Shown here piece by piece: positions 29,220-39,700 of a stretch of 64,000 bases of DNA. The DNA is taken from NCBI GenBank assembly GCA_016844685.1, contig JAENJF010000001.1, positions 2,205 to 66,204 of the forward strand. The letters are read 5' to 3'. The number at the start of each line of letters is the position of its first letter. The first letter of the stretch is position 1. The notes below the pieces were generated by a model. The model had not been told where the DNA came from, did not search any database, and worked only from the letters and a program-made list of their open reading frames with translations. Both the position numbers and the translations under genes were made by a program. The DNA comes from Candidatus Nitrosotenuis sp. GTDB taxonomy: Archaea > Thermoproteota > Nitrososphaeria > Nitrososphaerales > Nitrosopumilaceae.

Positions 29220-29852
29220 TTGTCAACTAATGTAGAGGAGAAGATTTTACACGGAACTACCACTGTAGGTATCAAGGCTACTGATGGAGTAGTATTGTGC
29301 GCAGACATGCGTGCAAGCGCGGGCTATTTTATTGCCAATAATAATACTATGAAAATTCAGCAGTTGGCAAAACATGCTGGTTTGACATTGGCAGGTGGTG
29401 TTGCCGATGCACAAAACATTACTGATGTCTTACGCTATCATGCAGCCATACATAAAATCCAAAAGAATGAAAACATCCCAATCAAATCTCTTGCAAGACT
29501 TTGTTCGCTTTTATTCCATCAGAATAGGGGTTATCCGTTTATTGCAGACATTCTGATTGGCGGGTATGACAAAAAAGGTCCCGCGCTTGTAAATATCGAC
29601 ATGTTTGGCTCAGTTGAGGAGAAAAAATATGTAACTACAGGTAGTGGATCTCCTGTAGCATATGGTCTATTGGAAGAAGAGTATAAGGACAGTCTCACAG
29701 CTGAACAAGCCAAGATCATCGCACTACGTGCTGTAAAGGCAGCAATTGTAAGAAATATTGGAACTGGTGATGGCATCAATGTCGCAGTTATCGACAAAGA
29801 TGGATTCCGTCTTTTGACAAGAGATCAAAAGAAAGCCATAATCGCACTATAG
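29220..29852 (+). CDS. psmB: proteasome beta subunit
   Basis: Propeptide then GTTTVG catalytic Thr, AGGVADAQ, GSGSPVAYG. Confidence 0.95.
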   Translation: MSTNVEEKILHGTTTVGIKATDGVVLCADMRASAGYFIANNNTMKIQQLAKHAGLTLAGGVADAQNITDVLRYHAAIHKIQKNENIPIKSLARLCSLLFHQNRGYPFIADILIGGYDKKGPALVNIDMFGSVEEKKYVTTGSGSPVAYGLLEEEYKDSLTAEQAKIIALRAVKAAIVRNIGTGDGINVAVIDKDGFRLLTRDQKKAIIAL

Positions 29853-29859
29853 TGATTTA

Positions 29860-31797
29860 ATGCAAAAAAGACAACAGGAAAAGGATACACAATTAACAAC
29901 CCAAAATGTAATGGCAACCATACTGCAAAGTATTCCAAAAGAGGCCAAGGTCAGTAAAATTGACTATGAGGGACCAAGAATTGCATTATACACAAAATCG
30001 CCACTATACTTGATGGAGCATAATGAGATTATTTCTGATCTAGTTAATGTCATCAAAAAAAGAATTGTGGTAAGAACCGAAGAGTCTATTAGAAAACCAG
30101 AAGAGGAGGCAAGGGAGATCATAGCAAAGGCCTTACCTAAGGAGGCAGATCTTCAAGGTACTTTTTTTGATACCACTACGGGCGAGGTCTCAATTGAGGT
30201 AAAGCGACCTTGGTTACTGCACAACAATCCTAGCTTTAACAGTCCGCAATTGACGGAAAGTATGGGTTGGAGAATACGCATACGAAAGGCAACGACAATT
30301 CCATCCAGTACAATTCAAGCAATAAACTACAATCTCAAGGTTTCCTCATCAGATAGAGCAAAACAGCTCAAGCAGATAGGCGAAAACATATTCCGCCCGC
30401 GCTTGGCCCAAAAATCTGAAGTTTCGTTGTTAACCCTTGGCGGTTTTGGTCAAGTGGGAAGATCAAGCATGATATTGACTACGTCTGAAAGTAAAATTTT
30501 GATTGATTGTGGTATTAATCCAGGGGCTCGGAGTCCAATGGAAGCTTTCCCAAGACTTGATTGGGCAAATGTTACACTTGATGAAATTGATGCAATTGTC
30601 ATAGGTCATGCACATCTTGATCACACTGGATTCTTGCCGGTTCTTTGCAAGTATGGATACAAGGGACCGATCTATTGCACAGAACCTACACTCCCAATGA
30701 TGAATTTAATTCAACTAGACGCAATAAAGGTGGCAGCTGCACAGGGGCGGGCTGCACTATATGCAGAAAGAGACGTCAAGCAAATTATGAAACAGGCAAT
30801 TACAATTCCATATGGAACCGTAACAGACATTTCACCTGACATCAAACTTGTCTTTTCAAATGCAGGTCACATCCTTGGATCAGCAACGTGTCATTTCCAT
30901 ATTGGTAATGGTGATCATAATTTTGTATACACTGGCGACATAAAATATGGAAAAAGTATTTTGTTTGAGAGTGCTTCATGGAACTATCCACGAGTTGAAA
31001 CTTTGCTAATTGAAAGCACATATGGTGCAAAAGAAGACATTCAACCCACAAGGCAAGAAGTCGAATCTGCATTCATTAATGCGGTCAATAATGCACTTGT
31101 CGATGGCGGTAAGGTACTCATTCCTATTCCAGCAGTTGGGCGTGCACAGGAGATAATGATGGTAATTGATCATTACATGAAGGCCGGCCAGATGATGGAA
31201 GCACCCGTATTTATGGAAGGTATGATAGCAGAGGCAACTGCAATTCATGAGGCATATCCAGAATATCTTGCACGTGATCTTAAACAAAAAATTCTTGAAA
31301 CTGACGATAACCCATTTGATTCTGAATATTTTACAAACATAGAACATTCTGATGCAAGAGAAGAGCCATTACGAGAAGGTACGCCGTGCATCATACTTGC
31401 AACATCGGGTATGTTAGAGGGTGGCCCTGTCTTGGAATATTTCAAAAACATTGCACCTGGAAGTAAAAACAAAATAATTTTTGTCTCATATCAGGTAAAT
31501 GGAACACTTGGCCGCAGAATTCTAGATGGTGCAAAACAAGTATCGCTCTTAGGAAAAGATGGTAAAGTCGAAGTGGTAAACATCAATTGTTCAATGATAA
31601 AGCTTGACGGATTTAGTGGTCACAGCGACTATAATCAACTGCTTTCATTCATCCATAAACTAAGACCAAAGCTAAGAAGAGTCCTTGTAAATCACGGTGA
31701 AAGAAGAAAGTGTGAAAACCTCGCGATGACTGTCCGTAGAATGTTCAGAGTTCCTGCACATTATCCTCAGGTACAAGAAGCAATTAGGCTGTTTTAA
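29860..31797 (+). CDS. fttA: beta-CASP ribonuclease aCPSF1 / termination factor FttA
   Basis: N-terminal KH region, HAHLDH, AGHILGS, ESTYG, FSGHSD, NHGE; adjacent to psmB. Confidence 0.93.
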   Translation: MQKRQQEKDTQLTTQNVMATILQSIPKEAKVSKIDYEGPRIALYTKSPLYLMEHNEIISDLVNVIKKRIVVRTEESIRKPEEEAREIIAKALPKEADLQGTFFDTTTGEVSIEVKRPWLLHNNPSFNSPQLTESMGWRIRIRKATTIPSSTIQAINYNLKVSSSDRAKQLKQIGENIFRPRLAQKSEVSLLTLGGFGQVGRSSMILTTSESKILIDCGINPGARSPMEAFPRLDWANVTLDEIDAIVIGHAHLDHTGFLPVLCKYGYKGPIYCTEPTLPMMNLIQLDAIKVAAAQGRAALYAERDVKQIMKQAITIPYGTVTDISPDIKLVFSNAGHILGSATCHFHIGNGDHNFVYTGDIKYGKSILFESASWNYPRVETLLIESTYGAKEDIQPTRQEVESAFINAVNNALVDGGKVLIPIPAVGRAQEIMMVIDHYMKAGQMMEAPVFMEGMIAEATAIHEAYPEYLARDLKQKILETDDNPFDSEYFTNIEHSDAREEPLREGTPCIILATSGMLEGGPVLEYFKNIAPGSKNKIIFVSYQVNGTLGRRILDGAKQVSLLGKDGKVEVVNINCSMIKLDGFSGHSDYNQLLSFIHKLRPKLRRVLVNHGERRKCENLAMTVRRMFRVPAHYPQVQEAIRLF

Positions 31798-31949
31798 CAA
31801 CATCGAATACGTAAGACGTCGTTTTTAGCAGAGATATGATATTCCACTGTATCGAGTCTGAAATTTTTCCTTACGTCCACTACTTATCAATATTTTTAAA
31901 CTAAAATGATATTTTCGTATCATTATATCGGATTGCATCTTTTTTTGAT

Positions 31950-32868
31950 AATATTAGTATCAATAAATTGTGTGATTTGTAACAGCTGTCTTGTTTTGTC
32001 CTGATATTTTGAAAAAGACTGTTCTTGTTTCTTTGTCAATGATTTCCAAATATTTTCCTGCCTTGTCTTTTGCACGGGGGATCTTTTGAGGTCTTTAAAC
32101 GAGAAAATTATCTAAACTTACTACCTCGTGGAGTATTCTCGGTTGATTTTTGTTCCTAAATTCGTAGGAATTTGTCGAACATCTGATAAGTACACTTCTT
32201 GTCAGATCACAGGGGCTAGATGTTTTGTTTATTTGAAAGTTTGTAATGATTTTATAATTTTTTGAAGATTCGAGCTCACAGACATGATGTTTCTGGATGT
32301 ATATGCAAAAGTGTGTGTTGATATGATAGTATCGTTGCTGTTATTGTTTTTAATTGAATATTTTACAAAATCATTTTGAGGCAAACAAATGTTTTCATAT
32401 GAGCAACTTTTGTAATCTAATGTATTTGCTGATATTATTTTAAAATTCATCATGCATCTTATGCCATATGAAAAACATGTCTTTTTCTTCTCGCAATACG
32501 CTTGGATCAAGGACATCTTTTATTCATTGTGTAATGTTTTGAGCATCATTGAAGCGATCTCGTTTAATTTTGGTTCGTGTTGGTTTTTCCAAAAGTAAAA
32601 TTAGTTTATTTGTGTGATCTGATTCTGTGAAATCTCATATGGGATCATTATACAATATGATAGTCTCTAAAACTATCATAGTGATCTCTTTCACGAAACT
32701 TGTCGTTGCCTGATTTTTATAAATCTGGAATAAATCTTTCCACAAGTTTGAATTATAGTAATTTTTTCCTTTGTTATCAGAGGTTTGTGCAGCTGCTAAT
32801 TGTATGCTAAATATGACAGGTATGATGGATAATAATGTAAATAATAAAACAGATTTTCTAAATTTTAC
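31950..32868 (-). pseudogene. decayed gene relic, probably of a secreted protein
   Basis: Minus-strand frame from 32868 reads (V)KFRKSVLLFTLLSIIPVIFSIQLAAAQTSD, a typical signal peptide with GTA in place of a start codon, followed by broken frames across a 1.1-kb AT-rich gap. The 3' limit is approximate. Confidence 0.45.
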
Positions 32869-32927
32869 AATATTGATGTTGTTTTGATATTAGGTACGAC
32901 AGAATGATAAGTTTTGTTTTAATAATT

Positions 32928-33206
32928 TTATTTTAGATCATATTCCGGCTTCCAGATTTTAACGCCTGGCGGTGTAACAATTATTCTTTCTTCACCCAAT
33001 CTTGCAATGTCTGCGTCATGATTTTTTGCCAGACTATATAATTCCTCAACTAGCTTTCGTAGCTGCTCTACATCTTTTTGCGCAAGTGGTGTAACCCTTA
33101 GTATCAGTATCATGTTTTTTTTCATGTCATCTTTTATTGAATGGATGTCGCTTGGATCACGAATCGTAATTGCCTTTAGGTATGTTGGGCTTTCCTGCTT
33201 TTGCAT
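32928..33206 (-). CDS. sepF: SepF-like cell division protein (DUF552)
   Basis: ILILRVTPL...LRKLVEEL...DIARLGEERIIVTPPGVKI. Confidence 0.8.
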   Translation of the reverse strand: MQKQESPTYLKAITIRDPSDIHSIKDDMKKNMILILRVTPLAQKDVEQLRKLVEELYSLAKNHDADIARLGEERIIVTPPGVKIWKPEYDLK

Positions 33207-33278
33207 CTATTATGAATGCGATCTACTCCCTCAAAAAGTCTTTCGCATCAAATGTAAAAAGGTACGTAATTTTTGTTC

Positions 33279-34295
33279 CTAAATTCTGTATTGGATATAC
33301 TCAGATTCTTCTGCACTGCTTATCGAGATTTCCGATTTGTTGTTGCCTTTTTCAACTATTACTATTCCCGGTGTTTCTTTTGGTGCATCAGAATAACGCA
33401 GTGTTATTGCGGCAGAGATTAGTTTATGGTTTTCAATATTGTCTCCGCGCAAAAGCGTATTTGGCCCAACGTAATCTTTTGCGTAAAACACAATATCATT
33501 TGGTAAGGCAAGAGCTTTGATCATGTTGTTTTCGTCCTGATTTCTTCCCACGATAAGTTTTGTTGTTTTATCAAGTCGGAAGTGTCTTCCTATTTTTAGT
33601 AGATCAATGTCGTTTGTTGTTGGATTATCAATGTGTGAGAATAGATCTTTTGCACGTATTGCAAATGCTGGATCTGTAAGAAGACATCCACCGCCGGCGT
33701 TTGGAGGGTTTTCTATTCCATATTCTTGTGCCATTTGTAATTGCATTCTTCTTGTGCGGCCCCGAATCATCCCCAAGTTTTCTCTTTTGATCAAGCCATT
33801 TTCTTCAGGTATTGTTTTTGGCAATAATGCGCCAGAAAGCGGTCTTACTATGTATCCTTCTAACTCTGATTCTTTTTCTATAGTTTTTAGTGCTGGTCCA
33901 TGTTGGCTCATGGGTCTTTGCCCCAGTACCTCTCCTGAAATGATAAAGTCAGCCCCGATCTCATCCATGTGTTTTTTTGCAGCCTTGAACATCATCGATC
34001 TGCAATCAATGCATGGGTTCATACCCGATCCAAATCCGTGCTTTGGATTCTTTAACATCTCAATGTATTCATCTCCAAGATAAACGGTCTTTAGATTAAC
34101 GCCAAGTGTATCTGCTCTTTCTCTAATTTCAAAACCACACCCCCTCCCACAATCAAAATCACAAAATGGAGTCTTGATCGCAACTGCGGATACTTCAAAT
34201 CCCTGATTCTGCATCATTTTTACTGCAAGTTGACTATCTAACCCGCCTGAAAGTAACGCGACAACTTTTCTTTTTCCTTGATTCTCTTCCAACAT
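33279..34295 (-). CDS. ThiI/MnmA-like PP-loop tRNA thiouridylase-family protein with C-terminal DUF814-like domain
   Basis: SGGLDS PP-loop, NPCIDCR, GEVLGQRPMSQ, GGCLLTD, GRHFR...VGRN. Confidence 0.85.
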   Translation of the reverse strand: MLEENQGKRKVVALLSGGLDSQLAVKMMQNQGFEVSAVAIKTPFCDFDCGRGCGFEIRERADTLGVNLKTVYLGDEYIEMLKNPKHGFGSGMNPCIDCRSMMFKAAKKHMDEIGADFIISGEVLGQRPMSQHGPALKTIEKESELEGYIVRPLSGALLPKTIPEENGLIKRENLGMIRGRTRRMQLQMAQEYGIENPPNAGGGCLLTDPAFAIRAKDLFSHIDNPTTNDIDLLKIGRHFRLDKTTKLIVGRNQDENNMIKALALPNDIVFYAKDYVGPNTLLRGDNIENHKLISAAITLRYSDAPKETPGIVIVEKGNNKSEISISSAEESEYIQYRI

Positions 34296-34367
34296 TAGAA
34301 AAGCTTAGTTTCCAATATACAAACTTTCCAACAAACATAAATCTGCTAGCTCGTTTATCATTTCAAA

Positions 34368-35432
34368 TTGGAAGAACGGCGAAAGTGGCTCCTCAAATAC
34401 GCCCACAACCTGGATTGTGATGCTTTGGTATCTTTTGAGCCTGAAAACCTCTACTACATGACTGGTTTTTGGGGTGAGGCAGTTGGAATATTAGAAAAAA
34501 ATGGTCAGACTACCATCATTGCACCTGAGCTTGAAGTGGAAAGGGCAAGGGAAGAATCCATCGATTGTAATGTAATTACGGCAGAGCGTGGTGTTGGTTT
34601 GATTTCTGGTTTGATGCCCAAAATAAAAAACAGCAAAGTGTGTACAGATTGCCAGACTTATCCCATGATGGAATTACTCAAAAAATCCATTCCCACCGTA
34701 AAATATTCAACTGATCCATTTTATCGGGCACGCGAAGTAAAGGACTCTAAGGAAATTACCATTCTAAAAAAGGCATCTCAAATAATTGATGAAATGTATG
34801 AGCTTTGTGTAAAAAAAATAGAGATGGGATTACGAGAATCTGAGCTTCAGTCTATTTTGATGTCTTTTGCCATGGAACGCGAGATGTTTAGTACTGGGTA
34901 TAGATCAACTTTGAATCCTCTGATAATTGCAGGGGGGCCAAATGGGGCATTGCCACATGCACAGGTAACTAAAAGAAAATTTGCGGTGGGTGACTTGATA
35001 GTAGTTGATCTCACCTTACGTTACAAGGGCTACGTCAGTGATGCAACAAGAACGTTTGGTTTAGGAACTCTTAGTAGTCATGCAAAAGAAATCTATGAGA
35101 TAGTAAAGGAATCACAGAAGGTAGGACTACAAGCTGTAAGAATTGGGGTTTCTTGTAAATCAGTTGATGATGCATGTAGAGATTATATCGCCAAAAAAAA
35201 TTATGGTCAATACTTTATTCATTCAACTGGCCATGGAATTGGACTTGAGGTGCATGAGTTCCCAACAATAAGCCAGAAAAGTCAGACCGTTTTGCAAAAA
35301 GACATGGCAATAACCATAGAGCCTGGTATCTACATCCCAAAAAAATTTGGAGTAAGAATAGAGGACTCTGTTATTGTGAAAGACAGGCCATTGGTTTTGC
35401 ATAAATTTACAAAAGATCTAGTGATTATTTAG
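34368..35432 (+). CDS. Xaa-Pro aminopeptidase (M24)
   Basis: ALPHA, GYVSDATRT, HSTGHGIGLEVHE, TIEPGIY, GVRIED. Confidence 0.94.
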   Translation: MEERRKWLLKYAHNLDCDALVSFEPENLYYMTGFWGEAVGILEKNGQTTIIAPELEVERAREESIDCNVITAERGVGLISGLMPKIKNSKVCTDCQTYPMMELLKKSIPTVKYSTDPFYRAREVKDSKEITILKKASQIIDEMYELCVKKIEMGLRESELQSILMSFAMEREMFSTGYRSTLNPLIIAGGPNGALPHAQVTKRKFAVGDLIVVDLTLRYKGYVSDATRTFGLGTLSSHAKEIYEIVKESQKVGLQAVRIGVSCKSVDDACRDYIAKKNYGQYFIHSTGHGIGLEVHEFPTISQKSQTVLQKDMAITIEPGIYIPKKFGVRIEDSVIVKDRPLVLHKFTKDLVII

Positions 35433-35568
35433 AATACGCCCGGTTTATCGTATGTTGTTCACTTTACACACACATGGGTCTAATTAGAAATTTGTGACAA
35501 TAAAATCAGGTGGAGTCATTTGTTGGGGGCATGCTTCCAAATAATTCATTGTGGCCCCAACAATTTTT

Positions 35569-36426
35569 CTAAGGCCTTTTTGCAGTTAATATGAGAACTT
35601 TCCACGGAAATATGATTTGTCCGTTCTTTTTTGTATAGGGAATGGTTTTTTGTTTAATTTGGTCTTTCATTTTTTGCTTTTGTATGATAGATAGTGTTTT
35701 GATTTTTTCTTTTAGCGGTTTCGACAGATATTTGAGATAGTTTTGCCAATAATCAGAAAATGTTCCAGGACGATATGTGAAGACGTATTCTTGTATTCTG
35801 ATATTAGTAAAGCCTGCTTTTGATATGGCCTTTTTCAGTTGCTCTTTAGTTCCAAACCTATCAAGGTTGGGTGTTCCTTGTGGAGTGTAGTCTGGTATGA
35901 ATTTTATTATTACATCTAAAATACTGCTAAAATATGGAACCGAGTCTTTATTCCCATGCAATGTTAGTGCTAAGGTTCCATTTTTTTTCAGATACTGTTT
36001 GATGTTTTGCAGTACTTTATGCGCATTTGGGAAAAAGAACAATGCGTATTGACATGTAACCACATCAAATTTTTTGTTAAACTTGATAAATTCTGCATCC
36101 GACAAAACAAAGTCCAGATTAGTCTTGTGGTTATTTTCTTTTTTTGCAATTTTAATTGCAGATATGGAACTATCAACCCCCACAACTTTTCCAGTTGAAC
36201 CCACCCTTGTGGTAATTCTTTTTGTGATGGCGCCAGTTCCGCAAGCCAAGTCAAGAACTGCATAACCAGTCTGAATGTTTGCCAGTTTGACTAGTTCTGA
36301 GCTGCTCCTGAATGGGCCGATGTTATTTTTTGCCCATCTTTTATGATATCTTGGGGCAATTTCGTCCCATGTTTTGATTAATCGTTTTTTGTATTCCAAA
36401 TAAGTGAATTTTTTTGTTCTTACCAA
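35569..36426 (-). CDS. class I SAM-dependent methyltransferase (UbiE-like)
   Basis: VLDLACGTG, VVGVD, FDVVTCQYALFFFP; start moved to TTG 36426 to avoid overlapping DoxX. Confidence 0.88.
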   Translation of the reverse strand: MVRTKKFTYLEYKKRLIKTWDEIAPRYHKRWAKNNIGPFRSSSELVKLANIQTGYAVLDLACGTGAITKRITTRVGSTGKVVGVDSSISAIKIAKKENNHKTNLDFVLSDAEFIKFNKKFDVVTCQYALFFFPNAHKVLQNIKQYLKKNGTLALTLHGNKDSVPYFSSILDVIIKFIPDYTPQGTPNLDRFGTKEQLKKAISKAGFTNIRIQEYVFTYRPGTFSDYWQNYLKYLSKPLKEKIKTLSIIQKQKMKDQIKQKTIPYTKKNGQIIFPWKVLILTAKRP

Positions 36427-36482
36427 TTCTCTATAGTTTATGACAATACCTTTTATAATATAGTCAAAGTCTTGTACAAATA

Positions 36483-36896
36483 ATGGATGCGGCAATCCGA
36501 CAGAGTAAATTTCATGATATTACTCATTTTGGTTTGAGATTAGCAATAGGCGTAATATTTATCGTACATGGTTCAGGGAAATTTAATCCTGAATTTGCTG
36601 GGTTTTTGACACAGATTGGAGTTCCAACAGAAATGCAGCTTCTTTTGGCGTTGGCCGAATTTGTTCCTGGAATATTGTTGATAGTCGGAGTTTTGACAAG
36701 AATATCTGGATCAGTTCTTTCAATTATGATGCTTAGCGCAATATTCTATGTCAAAAAGGCAGCAGATATTTCAGGAAAGGGGGGAGTTGAGTTTGAGATC
36801 ATGCTTCTCGCAGGCTCCTTAATCGTAATTGTAATTGGACCGGGTAGAGTTTCCTTGTCTCACGTACTAAAGAAAGTTCCTAGATTTTTGCAATGA
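36483..36896 (+). CDS. DoxX family membrane protein
   Basis: LRLAIGVIFIVHG..K, GVLTR, GPGRVSL. Confidence 0.9.
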   Translation: MDAAIRQSKFHDITHFGLRLAIGVIFIVHGSGKFNPEFAGFLTQIGVPTEMQLLLALAEFVPGILLIVGVLTRISGSVLSIMMLSAIFYVKKAADISGKGGVEFEIMLLAGSLIVIVIGPGRVSLSHVLKKVPRFLQ

Positions 36897-38436
36897 ATCT
36901 CTGAATTTTATTTTTTGATTTTATGATAATAATTGCAGGTACTACAAAATATGTTCCTATGTTGAGCAAAATTATACCAATGCCGTATCCCAGTATTTCT
37001 TGATCAGAATCAATATCAACATAATTCAAAATTGAAAGTGTTGACAAGAGTGGCGTTATGGTAATCTTTACTGCTTCTTTGAATATCGGGTTCTGTCTTT
37101 CCCAGTCAGATATGGTTGGGCTAAAGGAATAGTAAACTGTGTTAAATGCAGTCATGAAATAAGTTCCAGTTCTTGTACCCAGTATGCTGTCTCTTACCTC
37201 CCTAAGTAACTGTACTTGTGGCGCAAGTTCAGAGTCATACGTTGCAGTTGCAATAAGGCAACCAGTTTTTTCTGATTTTGAATAGTCGGTGTTTGTGGTT
37301 TTTGGTGTTGTGATCTTGAAGGAGTCAATAACCTCGTTGAATTTGTCAAGAGTATCATCAAAATTTCTTTCACTGTTTGTGTAGGTAAAAATATAGAATT
37401 TGTCCTGATTCTTGATTATTACCTCTTTAAATTTTACGCTGATTTGTCCATCACCATCGCCGAATTTAGCTAGTGCGATGTGTGTAACGGCCTCATTTCC
37501 ATTAATTACTGTTTTATCCTCTGACAAAATTGAGAGATTGCCTGAGTTTATTGCCTTTTGCAGAAAATTTTTGATTTTGCTTGAATAATCATCAAGTGAT
37601 GTTCCGTTGGCAGCATTGACAGATAGAGAAATAGCGGGAGTAAAACCAGCTGTTTTGGTGCCGACTGCAACTATGTCTGGAGAGCTCGGAGTTTTTTGAG
37701 GTGGTTCCTGTACTAGCCAGCCAGACGGTGCAAGAAATGAAACGCCAAGCTTTTCATTGGAATATTCTTGTGCAGTTTGCTTTGTAATTGTTTTCACCCT
37801 TTCTGGCTCACCCAAACCAAGCAAGTCCGAGATTTCCGTGCGTTTTTTTATTTCAGCCTTTAGAATTTCACCTTTTGCCCAATCAAATGGAAGATGGTTC
37901 GTTTGCTCTCCTGCACTTGTTAGGTTGGCAATTTTATCAAGTGTCTCGTAGCTAGCATTTGTTGCTAAGCGCCCAAAGACTGCATAGTTTTGATCCAAAA
38001 AGAACGAATCCTTATGAACAATGAAAAACTGTGAGCTTGCACTATCTGGGTCAGAGCCGCGTGCCATTGAGACAATTCCTCTTTTGTGTTTGATTGTGTT
38101 AAATTCACCTGGAATCGTATATCCTGCATCGCCGGTTCCCCACTCCGAAAAGTGTTCAAATGCTCCAGGTTTTGATTTTGGATCTCCACCCTGAATCATG
38201 AAATCTTTGATAATTCTATGAAAAACAGTTCTATCGTAAAAGTGCTGTTCTGTTAGATTCAAAAAGTTTGCAACCGTTTTTGGCGCATCGCTTGGAAAAA
38301 GCTCAATTACCATGTCGCCTGATTTGGTGTGCAAGACTATCACCTTGTCCGAGATTTCTGTGGTTTGAGCAAAAACAGGCAAGACACCTAAAAATACAAT
38401 TACAGATGTAAGAGAAAAAACTAGTTCGAATTTCAA
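36880..38436 (-). CDS. surface-anchored cyclophilin + PsbP-like domain + CFI-box-CTERM
   Basis: Signal peptide, FHRIIKDFMIQGGDP, SASSQFFI; FLAPSGW-type domain; GCLIATATYDSELAPQVQLLREVRD and C-terminal TM. Confidence 0.88.
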   Translation of the reverse strand: MKFELVFSLTSVIVFLGVLPVFAQTTEISDKVIVLHTKSGDMVIELFPSDAPKTVANFLNLTEQHFYDRTVFHRIIKDFMIQGGDPKSKPGAFEHFSEWGTGDAGYTIPGEFNTIKHKRGIVSMARGSDPDSASSQFFIVHKDSFFLDQNYAVFGRLATNASYETLDKIANLTSAGEQTNHLPFDWAKGEILKAEIKKRTEISDLLGLGEPERVKTITKQTAQEYSNEKLGVSFLAPSGWLVQEPPQKTPSSPDIVAVGTKTAGFTPAISLSVNAANGTSLDDYSSKIKNFLQKAINSGNLSILSEDKTVINGNEAVTHIALAKFGDGDGQISVKFKEVIIKNQDKFYIFTYTNSERNFDDTLDKFNEVIDSFKITTPKTTNTDYSKSEKTGCLIATATYDSELAPQVQLLREVRDSILGTRTGTYFMTAFNTVYYSFSPTISDWERQNPIFKEAVKITITPLLSTLSILNYVDIDSDQEILGYGIGIILLNIGTYFVVPAIIIIKSKNKIQRFIAKI

Positions 38437-38497
38437 TATTTCATCGTTTTTGACTCACAAATAAAAGCTAATTGTATTAGTTTTTAACAAGTGATTT

Positions 38498-38995
38498 TTG
38501 AATCAGAATATGGAATCTGATGAACAAATCAAGGCTCATTTGGTTTCCGTGTGGAGAGGGCAAAAGAAACTTTTTTCCAGGTCAAAAGAATGTATGTTCA
38601 TTTTAACTGATAGACGTATTGTATTTGTAACTAAAACTAAGGCCAAATCACGGTGGTGGAGTGCCACAGTTGAAAGGCAAGTCGTTACTTTAATGAAATC
38701 AGACGAACCGATGCTCATACATGACGGATATGATGTCAAAGATCTAAAACTTGATTTAGAAAATGAGAAAAACGAAGAATATAATTTTGATGATGTTATT
38801 AGTGTAGATTCTAAAGAGAAAAAGTGGGGAAATATTCTAAAACTAAAACTGAGAAAAGGTAGCAATGAAAAAAACTACCAGTTATCAATAGTAAAGGATT
38901 GGGTGACATATCCAATAAAGGACCCAACAAAATTCCTCAAGATAAATTGGATGCCAATTGTAGAATTTATCAAAAAACACAGGACTGTAGAATAA
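38498..38995 (+). CDS. hypothetical protein (PH-like pattern)
   Basis: ILTDRRIVF motif; coupled to cbiE (TAAATG). Confidence 0.65.
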   Translation: MNQNMESDEQIKAHLVSVWRGQKKLFSRSKECMFILTDRRIVFVTKTKAKSRWWSATVERQVVTLMKSDEPMLIHDGYDVKDLKLDLENEKNEEYNFDDVISVDSKEKKWGNILKLKLRKGSNEKNYQLSIVKDWVTYPIKDPTKFLKINWMPIVEFIKKHRTVE

Positions 38996-39700
38996 ATGGC
39001 ACAAGTTTTTGCTGTTGGTGTTGGTCCTGGTTCTAGCAGTTATGTTACAGAAGTTGTCAAGAACGTAATACTAAACTGTGATGTAGTTATTGGTTATAAA
39101 TACACATTAAACACGATAGGTTCTTTCATCAAAGACAAACAAGTCTACGAGGTAACAATGAAAAACCAGGAAGAGGCATATCAAGAGGTAGTTAAAACAC
39201 TCGGTGACAAAAAACTAGTTGTTCCATTTACTGGTGATGTGAATTTTTCTGAATCAGAAGTTGTGGATAGACTGATTGAAATTTTTGGAGACGTTGAAAT
39301 AATTCCTGGAGTTAGTGCAATTCAGGTTGCCGCCTCAAAGGCCAAGGTTCCGTTGGACAAATCCAAGGTAATCACATTGCATGTTACAACACCAATTGAA
39401 GAAGAAAAACTCGAACTACAAAGGGCACTCATTGATGGATTTAGTGTTGTTTTGGTTCCACGACCATGGCCAAAAGTACCAGAAAAACACTTTATGCAAT
39501 CCGAGATTGCTCATTATCTCAGAAAGAATGGTTTTGATACGGCAAGCATAAGAGTGCATGTTTTTGAGTTTTTGACCACAGATAAGGAAACAGAGTTTGT
39601 TGGTACAGTCAAGGATTTAGAGGGAAAAGAATTTTCGGACCTTTCCGTGATGGTGATCAATCAGTCAAAGTTAGAATCGTATATTAATTTCAAAGACTAG
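38996..39700 (+). CDS. cbiE: cobalt-precorrin-7 / precorrin-6Y C5-methyltransferase
   Basis: AVGVGPG, TGDVNFS, IIPGVSAIQVAAS, ITLH; tetrapyrrole methylase fold. Confidence 0.82.
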   Translation: MAQVFAVGVGPGSSSYVTEVVKNVILNCDVVIGYKYTLNTIGSFIKDKQVYEVTMKNQEEAYQEVVKTLGDKKLVVPFTGDVNFSESEVVDRLIEIFGDVEIIPGVSAIQVAASKAKVPLDKSKVITLHVTTPIEEEKLELQRALIDGFSVVLVPRPWPKVPEKHFMQSEIAHYLRKNGFDTASIRVHVFEFLTTDKETEFVGTVKDLEGKEFSDLSVMVINQSKLESYINFKD

